64,000 nucleotides of DNA, taken from the NCBI GenBank assembly GCA_963720565.1, contig CAVRFW010000005.1, forward strand, positions 320,001-384,000, in the 5' to 3' direction. Source of the stretch: Candidatus Bathyarchaeota archaeon. Lineage in GTDB: Archaea > Thermoproteota > Bathyarchaeia > Bathyarchaeales > Bathycorpusculaceae. The position numbers and the translations under genes were made by a program. The notes below the pieces were generated by a model. It saw only the letters and a program-made list of their open reading frames with translations. It searched no databases and had not been told where the DNA came from. Of the stretch, positions 9,796 to 19,662 are shown piece by piece. Position 1 is the first letter of the stretch, and each line of letters starts with the position of its first letter.

Positions 9796-10837
9796 AGTAG
9801 CCATAATAGGCGCCACAGGCGCTGTGGGTCAAAGGTTTATTCAGCTGTTACAGGGACACCCCTGGTTTCAGATTGAAGTGCTGGCGGCATCAGAGCGATC
9901 AGCTGGCAAGAAATACCGAGAAGCATGCAACTGGACCATGGAATCAAGCATGCCTCAAGAAATAGCCGAGATGTCGGTGGTTGATGCGAGCGTAGAAGCG
10001 GTAGCGTCAGCAGGAAACGTGGACTTGATTTTTTCAGCAATGCCAGGTGAGTTAGCCGGACCAGTTGAGAAAGAGTTTGCTGCACTTTATCCAGTTTTCA
10101 GCAAGGCAAGCGCTCACCGAATGGACAAGGATGTTCCATTGCTCATACCTGAAGTTAACCCTGGCCACTTAGCTCTTATTCCGATTCAACAAAAACATCG
10201 AGGTTGGAAAGGCTTCATCTCTACAGACCCCAACTGCAGCACGATCCAGCTTGTCATATCCCTAAAACCGCTCATGGATTTCGGGGTCAAACAAGTGATT
10301 GTTTCAACCATGCAAGCGCTAAGTGGCGCGGGATACCCAGGTGTGCCTTCACTAGACATAATCGATAATGTTGTTCCTTTCATCTCTAAAGAAGAAGAAA
10401 AGATGGAAATCGAAGCTCTGAAGTTGTTAGGCACTTTCGACGGTAATGCAGTTAGAAATGCGGACTTCCAGCTCAGCGCCAGCTGCAACAGGGTCCACGT
10501 TAAGGATGGGCACTTGGAATCGGTGTTCGTCAAGTTGGAAAGCGATCCCTCTATTGATCAGGTTGAAGAGACCTTCAGGAAATTCAGAGGAGAACCGCAG
10601 GAGCTTAAACTGCCCTCAGCACCAATAAACCCGATTGTGGTTAGAAAGGAGCAGAACAGACCGCAGCCGAGGTTTGACAGAGACGAGGGGAAGGGCATGA
10701 GCGTTGTGGTCGGCAGAATTCGAAAGGACCCAATAATGACGTTGAAGTACATGTGTCTTGGTCACAATACGATTCGTGGAGCTGCTGGAGCGGGCTTGCT
10801 CAGCGCTGAACTCGCGGTTGCCAAAGGAATAGCCTAA
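9779..10837 (+). CDS. asd: Aspartate-semialdehyde dehydrogenase
   Basis: GATGAVGQ, PLLIPEVN, PNCST, STMQALSGAG, CNRVHVKDGH, HNTIRGAAG. Confidence 0.96.
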   Translation: MSSHRKVAIIGATGAVGQRFIQLLQGHPWFQIEVLAASERSAGKKYREACNWTMESSMPQEIAEMSVVDASVEAVASAGNVDLIFSAMPGELAGPVEKEFAALYPVFSKASAHRMDKDVPLLIPEVNPGHLALIPIQQKHRGWKGFISTDPNCSTIQLVISLKPLMDFGVKQVIVSTMQALSGAGYPGVPSLDIIDNVVPFISKEEEKMEIEALKLLGTFDGNAVRNADFQLSASCNRVHVKDGHLESVFVKLESDPSIDQVEETFRKFRGEPQELKLPSAPINPIVVRKEQNRPQPRFDRDEGKGMSVVVGRIRKDPIMTLKYMCLGHNTIRGAAGAGLLSAELAVAKGIA

Positions 10838-10884
10838 GAGAAAGGACTTCCAATCACACATTCGCAAAGGAGGAGAGCGTTGTA

Positions 10885-12171
10885 ATGAGTGAATTACAGA
10901 TGGTGCGTGAGCCAATGGAGAATCGAAATGGAACGCTTTACTTTGACGGCGTTTCCGTTAGTGAACTTGCTCAGAGGTTCGACACACCTCTGTATGTTAT
11001 CAGTGAGTCACGAATCAGAGAAAACTACCGGCGCCTCTACAATGTGCTAGCCAATAACTATAGAAAAATCCGGATTTTCTACGCGATGAAGGCAAATTCG
11101 AACCTGGAAGTCCTAAAAATCCTGAAAAAGGAAGGTGCATACGTGGATACGGTTAGCCCGGGAGAAGTGTTCACGGCATTGACAGCAGGTTTCCCTCCGG
11201 AGCACATCTTGTTTACAGGCACCAGTGTCAGAAACGACGAGTTGCGGTTTATTATTGACTCAAACGTTACCGTGAACGTTGATTCGCTTTCACAGCTAGA
11301 CAGATTGCTAAAGATGACTACGCCTAAGGTTTTGTCAGTACGGATTAATCCTGAAATTGGCGCAGGTCATCATAGTCACGTCATAACTGCAGGCAAAAAT
11401 TCGAAATTTGGCTTATGGGAAGATGATGCCCTTGCAGCATATGCTCAAGCTAAGAAGGCCGGTGTTGAAAGATTCGGGATACATATGCATGTAGGCTCCG
11501 GAGTCCTCAACGTTGAAGCCTTTCTCATGGCTCTTGACAAACTTCTGAGCATAGCTCGAAAGGTCCACGATAAGATTGGAATAGACTTTGAGTTTATTGA
11601 CGTAGGAGGGGGACTCGGAGTTCCATACAAACCTGCAGAGAACGAGTTAGATCTAAAATTGTTCGGTGACGAGGTACTTTCACTGTTCAAGAACAAAATT
11701 GCAGAGTATGGTTTTGAAGAACCAACGTTCTGCATAGAACCTGGCCGGTACCTTGTCAGCGATGCAAGCATTCTATTGACTACAGTTAACACAGTAAAAA
11801 CCACGCCATTCAAGAAATTTGTAGGAATCGACGCTGGATTCAACACGCTAGTCAGGCCGACTATGTATGGGTCTTATCATCACATTTTAGTTGCAAATAG
11901 GTTGGGGGCTCCAGACGAAGAAGTATACGATGTTGTTGGGCCGATTTGCGAGTCAGGAGACGCGTTGGCAAAGGACAGACTATTACCCAAGGTCGAGGAG
12001 GGTGACCTGCTGGCAGTGCTGAACGCTGGGGCTTATGGGTTTGCCATGAGTTCACAATACAACTCCCGACCGAGAGCTGCGGAAGTATTGGTTAAGGATG
12101 GCGAGTATAGACTGGTTAGGGAGCGTGAACGATTTGAAGATTTGTTGTCTGGACAACGAAAAGCGGAGTGA
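10885..12171 (+). CDS. lysA: Diaminopimelate decarboxylase
   Basis: TPLYV, YAMKAN, SKFG, HMHVGS, DVGGG, EPGRYLV, GPICESGD, GAYGFAMSSQYNSRPR. Confidence 0.96.
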   Translation: MSELQMVREPMENRNGTLYFDGVSVSELAQRFDTPLYVISESRIRENYRRLYNVLANNYRKIRIFYAMKANSNLEVLKILKKEGAYVDTVSPGEVFTALTAGFPPEHILFTGTSVRNDELRFIIDSNVTVNVDSLSQLDRLLKMTTPKVLSVRINPEIGAGHHSHVITAGKNSKFGLWEDDALAAYAQAKKAGVERFGIHMHVGSGVLNVEAFLMALDKLLSIARKVHDKIGIDFEFIDVGGGLGVPYKPAENELDLKLFGDEVLSLFKNKIAEYGFEEPTFCIEPGRYLVSDASILLTTVNTVKTTPFKKFVGIDAGFNTLVRPTMYGSYHHILVANRLGAPDEEVYDVVGPICESGDALAKDRLLPKVEEGDLLAVLNAGAYGFAMSSQYNSRPRAAEVLVKDGEYRLVRERERFEDLLSGQRKAE

Positions 12172-12174
12172 GCA

Positions 12175-13003
12175 ATGATGATGTTTTGGAAGATGCATGG
12201 TTTAGGTAACGATTATGTGGTAATGGACAATCGAGATGGAAAAATTGTTGGTGCAGCGGCTACTGAACTAGCTCGGAAGCTCTGTGAAAGAAGATTCTCG
12301 ATAGGGGCAGATGGGCTTCTTCTTGTTTCCAATTCGTCGGTCGCGGATGTGAAGATGCGGATTTTCAACGCCGACGGGAGCGAGGCTGAGATGTGCGGTA
12401 ATGGTATCCGCTGTTTGGCCAAGTACTGCTTTGAGAACAACATAACCCGAGCAGTTGATTTTAGAGTGGAAACTTTGGCTGGTATAAAACGCGTGTGGTT
12501 AACTGTGGAAAACGGGCAGGTTAAGTCAGTCAAAGTCGACATGGGACTACCGATCTTGGAGCGTGGCAAAATCCCAATGCTCGGAGATGGAAACTGCGTA
12601 AACGAGGACCTGCTGGTCAACGGAGAAAACTACAAAGTAACCTGTCTATCCGTTGGCAACCCGCACTGCGTCGTATTTGTCGATAACGTGGACAGTTTTC
12701 CGGTGCAAACTATTGGTCCAAAACTCGAAAATCATCCTCTTTTTCCTAAACGAACAAATGTGGAGTTCGTGCAAATTCTGAACAACCACGAGATGAAAGT
12801 TCGAGTTTGGGAGAGAGGTTGCGGCGAGACGTTGGCTTGTGGCACAGGGGCTTGCGCATCGACCGTTGCTGGAAAATTAACCCGAAAGATTTCTAGGTAC
12901 AGTTGTGGTCCACTTGTTAGGGGGAGATTTGGAGGTGGAGTACAACAACCGGATATTTCTTAGTGGTCCCGCTGAAAAGGTCTTTGAGGGAACACTTTTC
13001 TGA
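12175..13003 (+). CDS. dapF: Diaminopimelate epimerase (one apparent extra base near 12895)
   Basis: KMHGLGND, NADGSEAEMCGNG, GNPH, NVEF, ERGCGETLACGTG; the +1 frame supplies VHLLGGDL...LSGPAEKVFEG to TGA at 13003. Confidence 0.93.
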
Positions 13004-13028
13004 GAAAAAATGGATGTGATACGCAAAT

Positions 13029-14189
13029 ATGAGCTTTGAGTTTGCTGATAGGGTGAAACGGCTTCCTCCATATTTGTTCGCTGAGATAGAAAAAGCCATG
13101 AAAGAAAAGAAGGCTCAAGGTGCTGATCTTATCTCCTTGAGCATAGGTGACCCTGATCTTCCGCCGCCCCCATTCATTATTGCTGCCCTTGAAGAAGAAG
13201 TCGCGAATTTGAAAAATCATAACTATTCCTTCAGTCAGGGTGAACCCGGCTTTAGGCAAGCGGTTGCTGATTGGTACAAAAGAAGGTTCAACGTGGATCT
13301 GAACCAGGATGAGGTTATTGCACTTATGGGCTCAAAGGAAGGGTTGGCCAACGTTGCCAGGGCTTTCGTTAACTCTGGAGATCGTGTGCTTGTGCCTGAC
13401 CCGAGCTATCCAGTTTACAACAACGCCAGCACCATTCTCAACGAGGCAATGGCCGTTTCAATGCCGTTGCTTAGAGAAAACGGTTTCAAACCGGACTTTG
13501 AAGCGCTGCAGACTGAAAGGGTTAAAATGATGTTCCTCAACTACCCGAATAACCCGACAAGTGCTACTGTGGACAAGAATTTCCTGAAGGATGTCGTGGA
13601 GTTCGCGAGGAAAAACCACATTATTCTTTGCTACGACAACGCATATTCAGAGACAACCTTCGACGGGTACAAAGCTCCCAGCATATTGGAGATTGATGGT
13701 GCCATGGATGTCGCTATCGAGTTCAATTCTTGCTCGAAGACTTTTAACATGACGGGCGACCGCATCGCATTTGCCGTTGGAAACAAGCAACTGATAAGTG
13801 GACTCACGAAGATCAAGTCGCAGGTAGATTCTGGACCGCCCGTTTATACACAAAACGTCGCTGTTAAAGCCTTGGACAGCTACAAGAGTGATGAGCAGCC
13901 TGAGTTTCTGAAGAAGAACAATAGGGTTTATGCAGAACGTCGTGACCTGCTTGTCAGCCGTCTACACGCTATGGGATTTCCGTGTGACAAACCTAAAGCC
14001 ACTTTCTATGTATGGGCGAACTGCAAGGGCGATTCAATCGAGTTTGCTGCTAAATTGCTCAGCATCGGCGTAGTGGTTACACCCGGCATTGGCTTTGGAG
14101 AGCACGGGGAAGGTTATGTGCGATTTGCCTTAACCCAGCCCAGAGAACGAATAGAAGAAGCCTGCAAGAGGATAAGCGCACTTTTTTAA
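13029..14189 (+). CDS. dapL: LL-diaminopimelate aminotransferase (class I PLP aminotransferase)
   Basis: RVKRLPPYLFAEI, IGDPD, GSKEG, LNYPNNPT, DNAYSE, SKTFNMTG.R; last gene of the dap operon. Confidence 0.82.
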   Translation: MSFEFADRVKRLPPYLFAEIEKAMKEKKAQGADLISLSIGDPDLPPPPFIIAALEEEVANLKNHNYSFSQGEPGFRQAVADWYKRRFNVDLNQDEVIALMGSKEGLANVARAFVNSGDRVLVPDPSYPVYNNASTILNEAMAVSMPLLRENGFKPDFEALQTERVKMMFLNYPNNPTSATVDKNFLKDVVEFARKNHIILCYDNAYSETTFDGYKAPSILEIDGAMDVAIEFNSCSKTFNMTGDRIAFAVGNKQLISGLTKIKSQVDSGPPVYTQNVAVKALDSYKSDEQPEFLKKNNRVYAERRDLLVSRLHAMGFPCDKPKATFYVWANCKGDSIEFAAKLLSIGVVVTPGIGFGEHGEGYVRFALTQPRERIEEACKRISALF

Positions 14190-14253
14190 ATAAACGTAAC
14201 TTGCGGAAAGCAATAACGAAAAAAAGTGAGGATAAGCGGCAGTTTCATCGTGG

Positions 14254-15189
14254 CTATTTTGCTGCTGCTTTCGCTAGTTTCTTAAGAACTGCGGTTTTTC
14301 CTATTTCGTAAGCTACTGCGTAGTCAAAAAGCCCCTGCGGCTCCATCGTCGCTCGCTTGATCATTTCCATTTCAATCTTGATTTTCAACTTGCCAATAGC
14401 TAACGCGCCTATTCCGTAAACTCCAGGCCGGAGTTCTTTTCCTTCATCGTTTGAAGCGAGACCTTCAACGCCAAGCGGTTTAATTGCGTTGACATCGGCA
14501 ACTATTTTGCATTTTTCGCCGTGCTTGTCAATGTTTTCAGCTGAGAGCAGTTGGATTCCGCCTGCGCCAGCAGCAAGAATAATCTCTGCATTCTGAATGG
14601 CTGTTCCTGTTTGTTCTGGATTAGTAACTTCGACTACTTTGACACGTTCAGCACCAACTTCCTTGTTTATCTTCGCAGCTACTGCTTGACCTTTAGCCAT
14701 TGAGCGGCTGGTGATTGTAACATTAGCTTTTTCTGAAGCGTAGAGTTTGGCTGCTATTTGTCCGACTGGTCCTGTTCCTGCAAGTACAGTTACGTTCTTG
14801 CCTTCCAAGCTGCCGAGGCCTTTTTCAAGAGCCATACCGAGCGTCTTTGCCACTGCGGACGCTGCTGTTGAGTATGCACCGCGTGGATCAACGATTATCG
14901 AGTTTCCCCATGGGGCTGACGCCATGCATTTTTGTGTTGCGGCAACCACTTCTGCTACCGTGTCAAAATTGCTTCCGTTGATGAATATTTTAGTGTGTTT
15001 CGCACCTTCAGGTCCTCTCGGGAACAAAGCATCGAACACGATTCTTGCAGCATCTTCGCCTGTTACGTTCTCATATTTGAAAATCGTAGAGTCCGGGAAT
15101 GCGTCTACTGCCACGAGCATGTCAAATGGGCTACAGTACTTATCTGTGTCTAGGAAAACGAAGACTGTTTTGAATTTTGGTTCTGTCAA
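14254..15189 (-). CDS. NAD(P)-dependent methylene-H4MPT/H4F dehydrogenase, MtdA/MtdB family
   Basis: DTD..SPFD, FPRGP, DPRGAYSTAA, VLAGTGPVG, AGAGGIQLL, ADVNA..PLGVEG, GALAIG.LK match the Methylorubrum MtdA/MtdB pattern. Confidence 0.85.
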   Translation of the reverse strand: MTEPKFKTVFVFLDTDKYCSPFDMLVAVDAFPDSTIFKYENVTGEDAARIVFDALFPRGPEGAKHTKIFINGSNFDTVAEVVAATQKCMASAPWGNSIIVDPRGAYSTAASAVAKTLGMALEKGLGSLEGKNVTVLAGTGPVGQIAAKLYASEKANVTITSRSMAKGQAVAAKINKEVGAERVKVVEVTNPEQTGTAIQNAEIILAAGAGGIQLLSAENIDKHGEKCKIVADVNAIKPLGVEGLASNDEGKELRPGVYGIGALAIGKLKIKIEMEMIKRATMEPQGLFDYAVAYEIGKTAVLKKLAKAAAK

Positions 15190-15363
15190 ACCTTAACACC
15201 TAACTTGTCTCTGAATGCAGTTTAACCATTTAAGAATTATCGCTTCAAAAACACTGTTGAGACCTACTGAAATCACAATTCAACATGCCAAGGCTGCTGA
15301 CCACAATTGTTTAATAATCTAATCCACAGAAATCTAAACACATCCAACAAAGAGGACAAACCA

Positions 15364-16407
15364 GTGACATTTAATAAGATTCTCGAACAGCTTTCCAACG
15401 CCTGCGGAGTAACGGGAAGAGAAGAAGAAATCAGAAACCTGCTGATTGAACAGATGAAACCGTACGCAGACGAAATAATTGTGGACAATTTTGACAACGT
15501 TATTGCCGTGAAAAAAGGTAAAACAGGCTCGCCAAAAGTGATGCTTGCAGCTCACATGGACGAAATCGGCTTAATGGTGAAAACAATCAACAAGGAGGGT
15601 TTTCTACAGTTCGCCAAAATGGGCGGCATTGACGATCGCATACTCTTGGCCCAAAAAGTAATAGTCTACACAAAGAAAGGGCCTCTCCAAGGAATAATTG
15701 GCTCAAAACCGCCCCACATACAGAAAGAGGAGGAACGTAAGAAGATTGTTGCCTACGACGAACTGTTCATTGATGTAGGGGCTGAAAGCCGTGAAGGGGC
15801 AAATACAATGGGCGTAGCCGTAGGTGATCCGATAGGCTTTGATGTAAAATACTCCCAAATAGGCAAAGACACCGTCATTGGAAAAGCATTTGATAACCGT
15901 GCAGGTTGTGCGGTTATGGTTGAAACCCTGAAACAGTTGAAAGAAACAGAATGTACTGTGTTCGCTGTGGGAACTGTCCAAGAAGAAGTGGGATTGAGAG
16001 GCGCGGGAACCGCTGCTTTCCGTTTAGACCCTGATGTTGCCCTAGCTTTAGACGTTACAGTTGCAGGAGATGTCCCGGGTGTACGAGAATTTGACACCAC
16101 GGTAAAGATGGGGAAAGGTCCAGCTATCACGATTTCAGACTCTGGATTAATTGCACATCCAAAAGTCCTGCGTTGGCTCCGCGAAGTTGCTGAAGAAACA
16201 AAGATTCCCTACCAGCTTGAAACTGGACTGCTCGGAACTACGGACGCAGCACGCATCTCGCTTACTAGACAAGGAATCCCAAGTGGCACAATTTGCATTG
16301 GAACGCGCTATATTCACAGTCCAGTGTCAATGCTTAATCTTAGAGATGCAGAAAACTCGGTAAAGCTAACCACAGCAGCAATCCGGAAGATCAAAAACTA
16401 CTTCTAA
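15364..16407 (+). CDS. M42 family (TET) aminopeptidase
   Basis: GVTGREE, AAHMDEIG, GGID, KAFDNRAG, VQEEVGLRGA, GTTDA, RYIHSP. Confidence 0.93.
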   Translation: MTFNKILEQLSNACGVTGREEEIRNLLIEQMKPYADEIIVDNFDNVIAVKKGKTGSPKVMLAAHMDEIGLMVKTINKEGFLQFAKMGGIDDRILLAQKVIVYTKKGPLQGIIGSKPPHIQKEEERKKIVAYDELFIDVGAESREGANTMGVAVGDPIGFDVKYSQIGKDTVIGKAFDNRAGCAVMVETLKQLKETECTVFAVGTVQEEVGLRGAGTAAFRLDPDVALALDVTVAGDVPGVREFDTTVKMGKGPAITISDSGLIAHPKVLRWLREVAEETKIPYQLETGLLGTTDAARISLTRQGIPSGTICIGTRYIHSPVSMLNLRDAENSVKLTTAAIRKIKNYF

Positions 16408-16534
16408 AGGCTCCTAAAGAAACTGAGACGCATGAAATTATGCGTCTTCCCCAAGTCCTCTGAAACCCAGCGGAATGGGCATAACGAAACTGTTTTTAGA
16501 TCTGCTCGAGTATTAGCTATTTGGCTTTGAAAAT

Positions 16535-16972
16535 ATGGATAAGATGGGAAGATACGAGTATCTGGAACACACCGCTGATGTTTACATAGCCGCGCACGGT
16601 AAAACTCTCATTGAGGCGTTTGAAAACGCTGCACTGGCGATGTTTGAAGCTATGACAGACACGGATAAGGTTGGCCAGATCGAGAAAGAAACAGTGGAAG
16701 TTGAAGCAGAAGACGAGTATGCTCTTCTCTACAACTGGCTCGAAGCTTTACTAGTGAAGTTTGAAACTAAAAACACGCTTTTCTCCAAATTTTGCATCTC
16801 AAGTTATGAAGAGAATAATGACGGTTTCAAAATCAAAGCTACCGCGTGGGGTGAAAAGTTTGATCCTGAAAAGCATGTGCAGAAAGTTGCAGTTAAAGCA
16901 GCCACATACCATCGGATGGAGATAATCCAAGAAATAGAGAAAGCCACTGTGGAGTTTATTCTCGACATCTAA
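16535..16972 (+). CDS. Archease
   Basis: YEYLEHTADV, EAFENAALAMF, VKAATYH, terminal ILDI. Confidence 0.95.
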   Translation: MDKMGRYEYLEHTADVYIAAHGKTLIEAFENAALAMFEAMTDTDKVGQIEKETVEVEAEDEYALLYNWLEALLVKFETKNTLFSKFCISSYEENNDGFKIKATAWGEKFDPEKHVQKVAVKAATYHRMEIIQEIEKATVEFILDI

Positions 16973-17622
16973 GACAAATTCAGCTTTCTAAGATCCTTCA
17001 AGATGGCGTCCACAATAGTCTCTGGTGGTGTATCCAGCTCGTCACAGCTTGCCACGACAAAAGCCACATCTCCTTCTCTGAAAAACTGCAGGATAGGTTT
17101 AGTCTGTTCTTCGTAAACTCCAATACGTTTCTTTATGACCTCTGGTGTATCGTCAGATCGTTGATATAACGGTCCTCCGCACTTGTCGCAAATCATATCG
17201 ACCTTGGGCTTCAGGAAACGTGTGTTGTAGACGTCCCCACAGTTTTTGCATATTCTGCGCGTAGACAAGCGTTCTATGATTATCCAGTCTGGAACGGTCA
17301 AGAGAATAACTACGTCTATTTTGGTTACTTTCTTTAGAGCTTTAGCTTGTTCTACGGTGCGCGGATAACCGTCAAGGATGAAACCTTTTCCTTTGGGAAG
17401 GCTTGCTAACCGTTTTTTCAGCACTTCTGTGACGATTTTGTCTGGAACAAGCAACCCGTTTTCTACGTAGCCCTTAACCTTCTTTCCCAACGCTGTCTCT
17501 TGTTTCATGATGTCTCGGAAAATATCGCCCATAGCAATTACTTCTACGCCGAGCTTTGCCTGCAATCTTGTGGCGTATGTGCCTTTTCCGGCGCCTGGCG
17601 CTCCAAAAATAATCCCTTTCAT
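16969..17622 (-). CDS. adk: Adenylate kinase (bacterial-type, Zn-binding LID)
   Basis: GAPGAGKGT, GDIFR, GFILDGYPRT, RRICKNC...CDKCGG.LYQRSDD. Confidence 0.93.
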   Translation of the reverse strand: MKGIIFGAPGAGKGTYATRLQAKLGVEVIAMGDIFRDIMKQETALGKKVKGYVENGLLVPDKIVTEVLKKRLASLPKGKGFILDGYPRTVEQAKALKKVTKIDVVILLTVPDWIIIERLSTRRICKNCGDVYNTRFLKPKVDMICDKCGGPLYQRSDDTPEVIKKRIGVYEEQTKPILQFFREGDVAFVVASCDELDTPPETIVDAILKDLRKLNLS

Positions 17623-17866
17623 TTCTTTTTCCCAGCTAGCCTGTTAAAAAGAGAATTCTTGCGTAATTAAGTTTTTGTGCGCTTATTATGGGCAAGAATC
17701 AATGGAGAATAGTAACCGCACGCGCAAAGGGCATCTTCAGTTTGAATGGAGAAAACACGATTAGCTCATGAGGCTTAATCGCATCTGCGGAAGGAACCCC
17801 AGAGGTAGTTTGTGCTCAAAACTGTTTTATATCTATCTTCGTTTCTTTGTTTGAAGGCTGAAGTTA

Positions 17867-19346
17867 ATGGGTGAAGGAGAAGGGCGTTCATCGCCAGAAA
17901 GAATTCCTTTGGAGAAATTGAATGATTACTCATGGCGTATCCCGAAATATAGACCAGGAATGTTTGTTCCAGGCATGATTTTCGCCAATGAAGCATTGTT
18001 GACGAAGATGCAAACTGATAGAACCCTTTGGCAGTGTGCTAACGTGGCGCATTTGCCGGGCATCTACAAACATGCTATTACTTTGCCGGATGGCCATGAA
18101 GGCTATGGTTTTCCGATAGGCGGCGTGGCCGCAACTGATTACGAGAAAGGTGTTATCAGTCCAGGAGGCGTAGGTTACGATATTAACTGTGGTGTTCGTC
18201 TCCTTAACAACGAGTTTGTCTGAGAAAGATGTGCGTCCCAGACTTGCCCAGTTGGCGGGTGCTATCTTTGAGAATGTTCCATCTGGTTTAGGTAGTCGTC
18301 GTAAAGACTTCAAGTTTAGCTCCAGCGACTTGGATAGGTTGGTGGTTGAGGGTTCGCATTGGCTTATCGACCGCGGGTTTGGTTGGCCTGAGGATGCTGA
18401 GCATTGCGAGGAAGGGGGATGCATGAAAAATGCTGATCCTGATATGGTTTCTATGACTGCTAAGAACAGGGGTTTAACTCAGATCGGCACTTTGGGTTCA
18501 GGCAATCACTTCTTGGAGGTTCAAAGAGTCGACAAGATTTTCGATTCGAGTACAGCGAAGGTTTTCGGGATTGAACATGAAGGGCAGGTTACGGTGATGA
18601 TTCACTGTGGCTCGCGAGGTTATGGGCACCAGGTGTGTTCTGACTATTTGAGGATAATGGAGCATGCAGTGCAGAAATACAAAATCTCCCTGCCAGATAG
18701 GGAGTTGGCTTGTGCTCCTGGGAATAGTAACGAAGCGAAAGAGTATTTTCAGGCAATGTCGTGTGCAGTTAATTACGCTTTCTCAAATAGACAGGCTATT
18801 ACTCATTGGGTTAGGCAGAGTTTTCAACAGGTTTATCGTGAGGAACCTGAAAAAATGGGGTTGAAGCTGGTTTACGATGTGGCGCACAACATAGCCAAGG
18901 TGGAAACACACAATACTGATGAAGGAGCGAAGAAGGTGTGGGTTCACCGGAAAGGTGCGACGCGGGCTTTTCCGCCCGGAAGCGTTGAGGTCCCGTCTGA
19001 TTATCGTTCGAAAGGACAGCCTGTGCTTATACCAGGTAGTATGGGCACTAGCAGTTGGGTTCTAGTAGGCTCAAACAAAGCTATGGAGTTGACTTTTGGG
19101 TCAACAGCGCATGGTGCAGGCAGGATGATGAGTCGGTCAGCCGCGAAGCGCAAATGGTGGGGCGGAGACATAAAATCTGGTTTGGAGAAGCGGGGAATCG
19201 TGGTTCGTGCCGCGAGCACAGTTGTGTTAGCTGAGGAAGCTGACTCTGCGTACAAGGATGTTGATGTTGTCACAGAAGTAAGTGATCAACTAGGGATTGC
19301 CACAAAGGTTGCAAGGCTTGTTCCATTGGCTGTAATCAAGGGTTAA
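17867..19346 (+). CDS. rtcB: tRNA-splicing RNA ligase RtcB (one apparent extra base near 18203)
   Basis: [63 protein letters not shown] across two ORFs. Confidence 0.95.
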
Positions 19347-19366
19347 AAGCTGCTACGGTGATGTGA

Positions 19367-19564
19367 ATGGTTGCCGAATACGGTTCAGGGTCTATTCGTA
19401 AGAAAAAGAATATCGTTGGCGTGGTCGCTATTGCCCTTTTGTTGCTTTTCACCGCTCTGGCTATTGCTCGCGTTCTATCCTTTGTGGAGTGGATAATTGC
19501 GGATTTGGTTGTGGCAGTAGTTGCAAATCTAATCCTGAAAACAATAGGGAAGCAAAGGCAATAG
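19367..19564 (+). CDS. Small two-TM membrane protein
   Basis: GGTGA before the ATG; two hydrophobic helices. Confidence 0.6.
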   Translation: MVAEYGSGSIRKKKNIVGVVAIALLLLFTALAIARVLSFVEWIIADLVVAVVANLILKTIGKQRQ

Positions 19565-19662
19565 TATTTTTTTCAGTTGTTTGTCAATTTCTGCGATGAA
19601 AGTTAATATTTCCTGCGTTGCATGATGATATCTGAGGCGGTTTCTGTAAGACGCCTGAGAGA

